Assembly: GCF_003018115.1 (NCBI RefSeq)
Contig: NZ_CP027457.1
Direction: 5' to 3' (one strand)
Length of the DNA: 64,000 nt
From: Escherichia coli
GTDB lineage: Bacteria > Pseudomonadota > Gammaproteobacteria > Enterobacterales > Enterobacteriaceae
Shown here: positions 55,374 to 64,000 of the stretch, one piece after another
Numbering within the stretch: position 1 is the stretch's first letter
How the letters are laid out: each line of letters begins with the position of its first letter
Made by a program: the position numbers and the translations under genes
Notes under the pieces: generated by a model
Databases searched by the model: none
Told to the model about the DNA's origin: nothing
Seen by the model: only the letters and a program-made list of their open reading frames with translations

Positions 55374-56849
55374 ATGTCCAGTCAATATTTACGTATTTTT
55401 CAACAGCCGCGTTCAGCCATATTGCTGATCCTGGGTTTTGCTTCCGGGCTACCGCTCGCCCTGACATCCGGCACCTTACAGGCCTGGATGACGGTCGAGA
55501 ATATTGATCTCAAAACCATTGGTTTCTTCTCTCTGGTAGGCCAGGCTTACGTTTTTAAATTCCTCTGGTCACCGCTGATGGACCGCTACACGCCCCCATT
55601 TTTTGGGCGGCGGCGCGGTTGGCTGCTCGCCACGCAAATCCTGTTATTAGTCGCCATTGCGGCGATGGGTTTTCTCGAACCTGGCACCCAACTCCGCTGG
55701 ATGGCGGCACTGGCGGTGGTGATCGCTTTTTGCTCGGCCTCCCAGGATATTGTCTTCGATGCGTGGAAAACCGATGTGCTCCCGGCAGAAGAACGTGGTG
55801 CGGGCGCGGCAATCAGCGTGCTGGGTTACCGTTTAGGGATGCTGGTTTCCGGCGGCTTAGCCCTGTGGCTGGCAGATAAATGGCTGGGCTGGCAGGGCAT
55901 GTACTGGTTGATGGCGGCGCTGTTGATCCCTTGTATTATCGCGACGTTGCTTGCACCAGAACCGACCGACACCATTCCTGTGCCAAAAACGCTGGAACAA
56001 GCGGTTGTTGCACCTCTGCGAGATTTCTTTGGCCGAAATAATGCGTGGCTGATTCTGCTGTTAATCGTTCTGTACAAGCTGGGCGATGCTTTCGCCATGA
56101 GCCTGACAACCACCTTTTTGATTCGCGGCGTCGGATTTGATGCCGGCGAAGTGGGTGTAGTTAACAAAACGCTCGGTCTGCTGGCGACCATCGTCGGCGC
56201 ATTGTTCGGCGGAATTTTGATGCAGCGCCTGTCATTGTTCCGTGCGCTCATGATTTTCGGTATTTTACAAGGCGCGTCCAACGCAGGTTACTGGCTGCTT
56301 TCCGTGACTGATAAGCATCTCTACAGCATGGGCGCGGCCGTCTTTTTCGAAAACCTGTGTGGTGGGATGGGTACATCGGCGTTTGTAGCGCTGTTAATGA
56401 CTTTGTGTAATAAGTCATTTTCCGCCACCCAGTTTGCTCTACTCTCGGCGCTTTCTGCTGTAGGACGGGTTTATGTAGGACCAGTAGCTGGTTGGTTTGT
56501 GGAAGCTCACGGCTGGCCGACGTTCTATCTGTTCTCTGTTGCCGCCGCCATACCAGGACTTATTCTGCTGCTGGTCTGCAGACAGACGCTGGAGTACACG
56601 CGGGTCAATGACAATTTTATCCCACGTACCGAGTATCCATCAGGTTATGCCTTCGCCATGTGGACCCTTGCGGCGGGCTTCGGTCTTTTGGCCGTATGGC
56701 TATTGCTGTTAACGATGGATGCCCTGGATTTGACCCACTTCTCCTTCCTGTCTGCTCTACTGGAAGTCGGCGTTTTAGTCGCCCTGTGCGGTGTCGTGCT
56801 TGGTGGTTTACTGGATTACCTGGCGCTACGAAAAACGCATCTGACGTAA
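55374..56849 (+). CDS. ampG: Anhydromuropeptide permease AmpG (491 aa), MFS transporter
   Basis: ORF 55374..56849; recognised N-terminus MSSQYLRIFQQPRSAILLILGFASGLPLALTSGTLQAWM. Confidence 0.95.
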   Translation: MSSQYLRIFQQPRSAILLILGFASGLPLALTSGTLQAWMTVENIDLKTIGFFSLVGQAYVFKFLWSPLMDRYTPPFFGRRRGWLLATQILLLVAIAAMGFLEPGTQLRWMAALAVVIAFCSASQDIVFDAWKTDVLPAEERGAGAAISVLGYRLGMLVSGGLALWLADKWLGWQGMYWLMAALLIPCIIATLLAPEPTDTIPVPKTLEQAVVAPLRDFFGRNNAWLILLLIVLYKLGDAFAMSLTTTFLIRGVGFDAGEVGVVNKTLGLLATIVGALFGGILMQRLSLFRALMIFGILQGASNAGYWLLSVTDKHLYSMGAAVFFENLCGGMGTSAFVALLMTLCNKSFSATQFALLSALSAVGRVYVGPVAGWFVEAHGWPTFYLFSVAAAIPGLILLLVCRQTLEYTRVNDNFIPRTEYPSGYAFAMWTLAAGFGLLAVWLLLLTMDALDLTHFSFLSALLEVGVLVALCGVVLGGLLDYLALRKTHLT

Positions 56850-57308
56850 ACTGTGAATATTATTTAGCTGTAGTAATCACCCGGCGTAATTATTACGGCT
56901 AAATAAACATCAGCATCGCTTATTAATATTTGTTCTTTTGTGCGGCTTAGCGTTTGGAAATTATTGGCGCCATTTATAAATTCTATTTTTCTTACACGAT
57001 TCAGCTAATGAGTCTTTATTTTCTCACCACCCAGTTGTCACTCCAATGATAATTATTTGTTAAATAATTGTTTTATTTCGCATTGGTTATACCAATTGCC
57101 CGCCCAGACTCCTTCTGCACTCCCCTTTTGTTATAACGCCCTTTTGCAACAGCTTCTTAAAATCAACCTGATATGTTTTGCAACATATGTGACCTGACAG
57201 CCAAATCCAAGTAACAGGAATTTAATCATGTTTACAGTAATGTAACCTTCCCGTAAAATGCCCACACACTTTAAACGCCACCAGATCCCGTGGAATTGAG
57301 GTCGTTAA

Positions 57309-58256
<948 letters not shown>

Positions 58257-58265
58257 AGGGGTTGA

Positions 58266-61202
<2,937 letters not shown>

Positions 61203-61213
61203 GAGCGGCGGTT

Positions 61214-62104
61214 ATGATGTTTAAGCAATACCTGCAAGTAACGAAACCAGGCATCATCTTTGGCAACCTGATCTCGGTGATTGGGGGATTCCTGCTGGCC
61301 TCAAAGGGCAGCATTGATTATCCCCTGTTTATCTACACGCTGGTTGGGGTGTCACTGGTTGTGGCGTCGGGTTGTGTGTTTAACAACTACATCGACAGGG
61401 ATATCGACAGAAAGATGGAAAGGACGAAGAATCGGGTGCTGGTTAAAGGCCTGATCTCTCCTGCTGTCTCGCTGGTGTACGCCACCTTGCTGGGTATTGC
61501 TGGCTTTATGCTGCTGTGGTTTGGCGCGAATCCGCTGGCCTGCTGGCTGGGGGTGATGGGCTTTGTGGTTTATGTCGGCGTTTATAGCCTGTACATGAAA
61601 CGCCACTCAGTCTACGGCACATTGATTGGTTCGCTCTCCGGCGCTGCGCCGCCGGTGATTGGCTACTGTGCAGTAACCGGCGAGTTCGATAGCGGCGCAG
61701 CGATCCTGCTGGCTATCTTCAGCCTGTGGCAGATGCCTCACTCCTATGCCATCGCCATTTTCCGCTTTAAGGATTACCAGGCGGCAAACATTCCGGTATT
61801 GCCAGTGGTAAAAGGCATTTCGGTGGCGAAGAATCACATCACGCTGTATATCATCGCCTTTGCCGTTGCCACGCTGATGCTCTCTCTTGGCGGTTACGCT
61901 GGGTATAAATATCTGGTGGTCGCCGCGGCGGTTAGCGTCTGGTGGTTAGGTATGGCTCTGCGCGGTTATAAAGTTGCTGATGACAGAATCTGGGCGCGCA
62001 AGCTGTTCGGCTTCTCTATCATCGCCATCACTGCCCTCTCGGTGATGATGTCCGTTGATTTTATGGTGCCGGACTCGCATACGCTGCTGGCTGCTGTGTG
62101 GTAA
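61214..62104 (+). CDS. cyoE: Haem O synthase (protohaem IX farnesyltransferase) CyoE (296 aa)
   Basis: ORF 61169..62104 trimmed to ATG 61214 ([22 protein letters not shown]); UbiA-family prenyltransferase. Confidence 0.95.
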
Positions 62105-62123
62105 CAAAACCTCTCTATTAAAA

Positions 62124-62146
62124 AGGTGCTACGGCACCTTTTTTCT
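62124..62146 (+). terminator. Rho-independent terminator of the cyo operon
   Basis: Hairpin aggtgc-tacg-gcacct followed by tttttt, 20 nt after the cyoE stop. Confidence 0.85.
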
Positions 62147-62252
62147 TAGCATTAGAAACATATCCCTCTCGAAATATTTACTAAAAAATCCCCATGTTTA
62201 CCCCATTCGTTTGCCGCTTTACACTAGTCGTGAATTTAAAACAGAGGTGGTA

Positions 62253-63617
62253 ATGAACGATTATAAAATGACGCCAGGTGAGCGGCGCGCGACCTGGGGT
62301 TTAGGGACCGTATTCTCGTTGCGCATGCTGGGCATGTTCATGGTTCTGCCGGTTCTGACCACGTACGGCATGGCTCTGCAAGGTGCCAGCGAAGCATTAA
62401 TCGGTATTGCCATTGGTATTTATGGTCTGACTCAGGCCGTTTTTCAGATTCCGTTTGGCCTGCTTTCCGACCGCATTGGTCGCAAACCATTAATTGTCGG
62501 TGGGCTGGCAGTGTTTGCCGCCGGTAGCGTTATCGCTGCGCTTTCTGACTCCATCTGGGGAATTATTCTGGGCCGGGCGCTACAAGGCTCCGGTGCGATT
62601 GCCGCTGCCGTTATGGCGCTGCTTTCCGATCTCACGCGCGAACAAAACCGCACCAAAGCAATGGCGTTTATCGGCGTGAGCTTTGGCATTACCTTCGCCG
62701 TTGCGATGGTGCTTGGCCCGATCATCACTCACAAACTTGGGCTGCACGCGCTGTTCTGGATGATCGCTATTCTGGCAACGACCGGCATTGCGTTGACCAT
62801 TTGGGTTGTGCCCAACAGTAGCACTCACGTACTTAATCGTGAGTCCGGAATGGTGAAAGGCAGTTTCAGTAAAGTGCTGGCGGAACCGCGGCTGCTGAAA
62901 CTCAACTTTGGCATTATGTGTCTGCATATTTTGCTGATGTCGACGTTTGTTGCCCTGCCCGGACAACTGGCTGATGCGGGGTTCCCGGCGGCTGAACACT
63001 GGAAGGTCTATCTGGCGACAATGCTAATCGCCTTTGGCTCGGTCGTGCCTTTCATTATCTACGCTGAAGTTAAGCGCAAAATGAAGCAAGTCTTTGTCTT
63101 CTGCGTCGGGTTGATCGTGGTTGCGGAAATTGTGTTGTGGAACGCGCAAACGCAGTTCTGGCAACTGGTGGTCGGCGTGCAGCTTTTCTTTGTGGCGTTT
63201 AATTTGATGGAAGCCCTCCTGCCCTCACTTATCAGTAAAGAGTCGCCAGCAGGTTACAAAGGTACGGCGATGGGTGTTTACTCCACCAGCCAGTTTCTTG
63301 GCGTGGCGATTGGCGGTTCGCTGGGCGGCTGGATTGACGGCATGTTTGACGGTCAGGGGGTATTTCTCGCTGGCGCAATGCTGGCCGCAGTGTGGCTGGC
63401 AGTCGCCAGTACCATGAAAGAACCGCCGTATGTCAGCAGTTTGCGCATTGAAATCCCGGCGAACATTGCCGCAAACGAGGCGTTAAAAGTGCGTTTGCTA
63501 GAAACTGAAGGCATCAAAGAAGTGTTGATTGCAGAAGAAGAACATTCAGCTTATGTGAAAATCGACAGCAAAGTGACGAATCGCTTTGAGGTTGAACAGG
63601 CAATTCGCCAGGCATAA
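62253..63617 (+). CDS. yajR: MFS transporter YajR (454 aa) with a C-terminal cytoplasmic domain
   Basis: ORF 62055..63617 trimmed to ATG 62253 (MNDYKMTPGERRATWGLGTVFSLRMLGMF). Confidence 0.93.
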   Translation: MNDYKMTPGERRATWGLGTVFSLRMLGMFMVLPVLTTYGMALQGASEALIGIAIGIYGLTQAVFQIPFGLLSDRIGRKPLIVGGLAVFAAGSVIAALSDSIWGIILGRALQGSGAIAAAVMALLSDLTREQNRTKAMAFIGVSFGITFAVAMVLGPIITHKLGLHALFWMIAILATTGIALTIWVVPNSSTHVLNRESGMVKGSFSKVLAEPRLLKLNFGIMCLHILLMSTFVALPGQLADAGFPAAEHWKVYLATMLIAFGSVVPFIIYAEVKRKMKQVFVFCVGLIVVAEIVLWNAQTQFWQLVVGVQLFFVAFNLMEALLPSLISKESPAGYKGTAMGVYSTSQFLGVAIGGSLGGWIDGMFDGQGVFLAGAMLAAVWLAVASTMKEPPYVSSLRIEIPANIAANEALKVRLLETEGIKEVLIAEEEHSAYVKIDSKVTNRFEVEQAIRQA

Positions 63618-63632
63618 AAGCGAGGCGAAATT

Positions 63633-63722
63633 GCCTGCTGCGCTACGCTTATCAGGCCTACTAAGTTCCTGATTTACAAACCTTTGTAGGCCGAACCAAG
63701 CGTTCATGCCGCATCTGACATG
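63633..63722. repeat. REP element pair between convergent yajR and yajQ
   Basis: Palindromes gcctgctgcgctacgcttatcaggcctac and gtaggccgaaccaagcgttcatgccgcatctgacatg. Confidence 0.8.
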
Positions 63723-63744
63723 AACAAAGCGCAGGTTGTCGCGA

Positions 63745-64000
63745 TTAATCGCGGAAGTTTTTGAACTGGAACGGCTGACCCAGATCGCCACCGCGCACCA
63801 TCGCCATGACAGCCTGCAAATCATCACGAGATTTGCCAGTCACGCGGATCTCATCGCCCTGAATTTGCGCCTGCACTTTCAGTTTGCTGTCTTTGATCAT
63901 CTTGACGATTTTTTTCTGAGTGGCGCTCTCAATGCCCTGTTTCAGTTTCGCTTCCACAAACCAGGTTTTACCGCTATGAACGATATTTTCCGGTACATCC
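63745..64000 (-). CDS. yajQ: Nucleotide-binding protein YajQ, C-terminal part (start lies beyond the window end)
   Basis: ORF 63745..63957 (-) plus an open frame continuing to position 64000; C-terminus ...[33 protein letters not shown] matches YajQ. Confidence 0.9.

Overview
This window is a syntenic, uninterrupted stretch of Escherichia coli core chromosome, matching from memory the K-12 copA/ybaQ to yajQ region in reverse-complement orientation. I see no sign of a foreign or accessory island and no candidate novel system: there is no integrase, transposase, tRNA, IS end or CRISPR array, and no long unexplained ORF. Gene order on the + strand runs copA (3' tail), a tandem BIME/REP array, ybaQ, ybaP, ChiX sRNA, ybaK, ushA, fsr, ybaL, gsk, aes, hemH, adk, htpG, recR-ybaB-dnaX, apt, ybaN, priC, ybaM, mscK, acrR, acrAB, tomB-hha, maa, ylaC, ylaB(pdeB), ybaA, ffs (4.5S RNA), atl, ybaY, tesB, amtB-glnK, mdlBA, decR, cof, ybaE, queC, fadM, ybaV, ppiD, hupB, lon, clpX, clpP, tig, bolA, yajG, ampG, cyoABCDE, yajR and the 3' part of yajQ. 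Gene identities are recognised from the translated ORFs, not from any database search, and start codons were adjusted to the known protein N-termini where the ORF track over-extends. The noteworthy items are all previously described biology: the tandem 101-bp BIME array, the dnaX programmed frameshift, ChiX abutting the ybaP stop, the Cys-to-Trp active-site substitution in Atl, and sigma32 and sigma54 promoters readable by eye. The many long antisense ORFs are codon-aligned mirror frames of highly expressed genes and were rejected as codon-bias artefacts.
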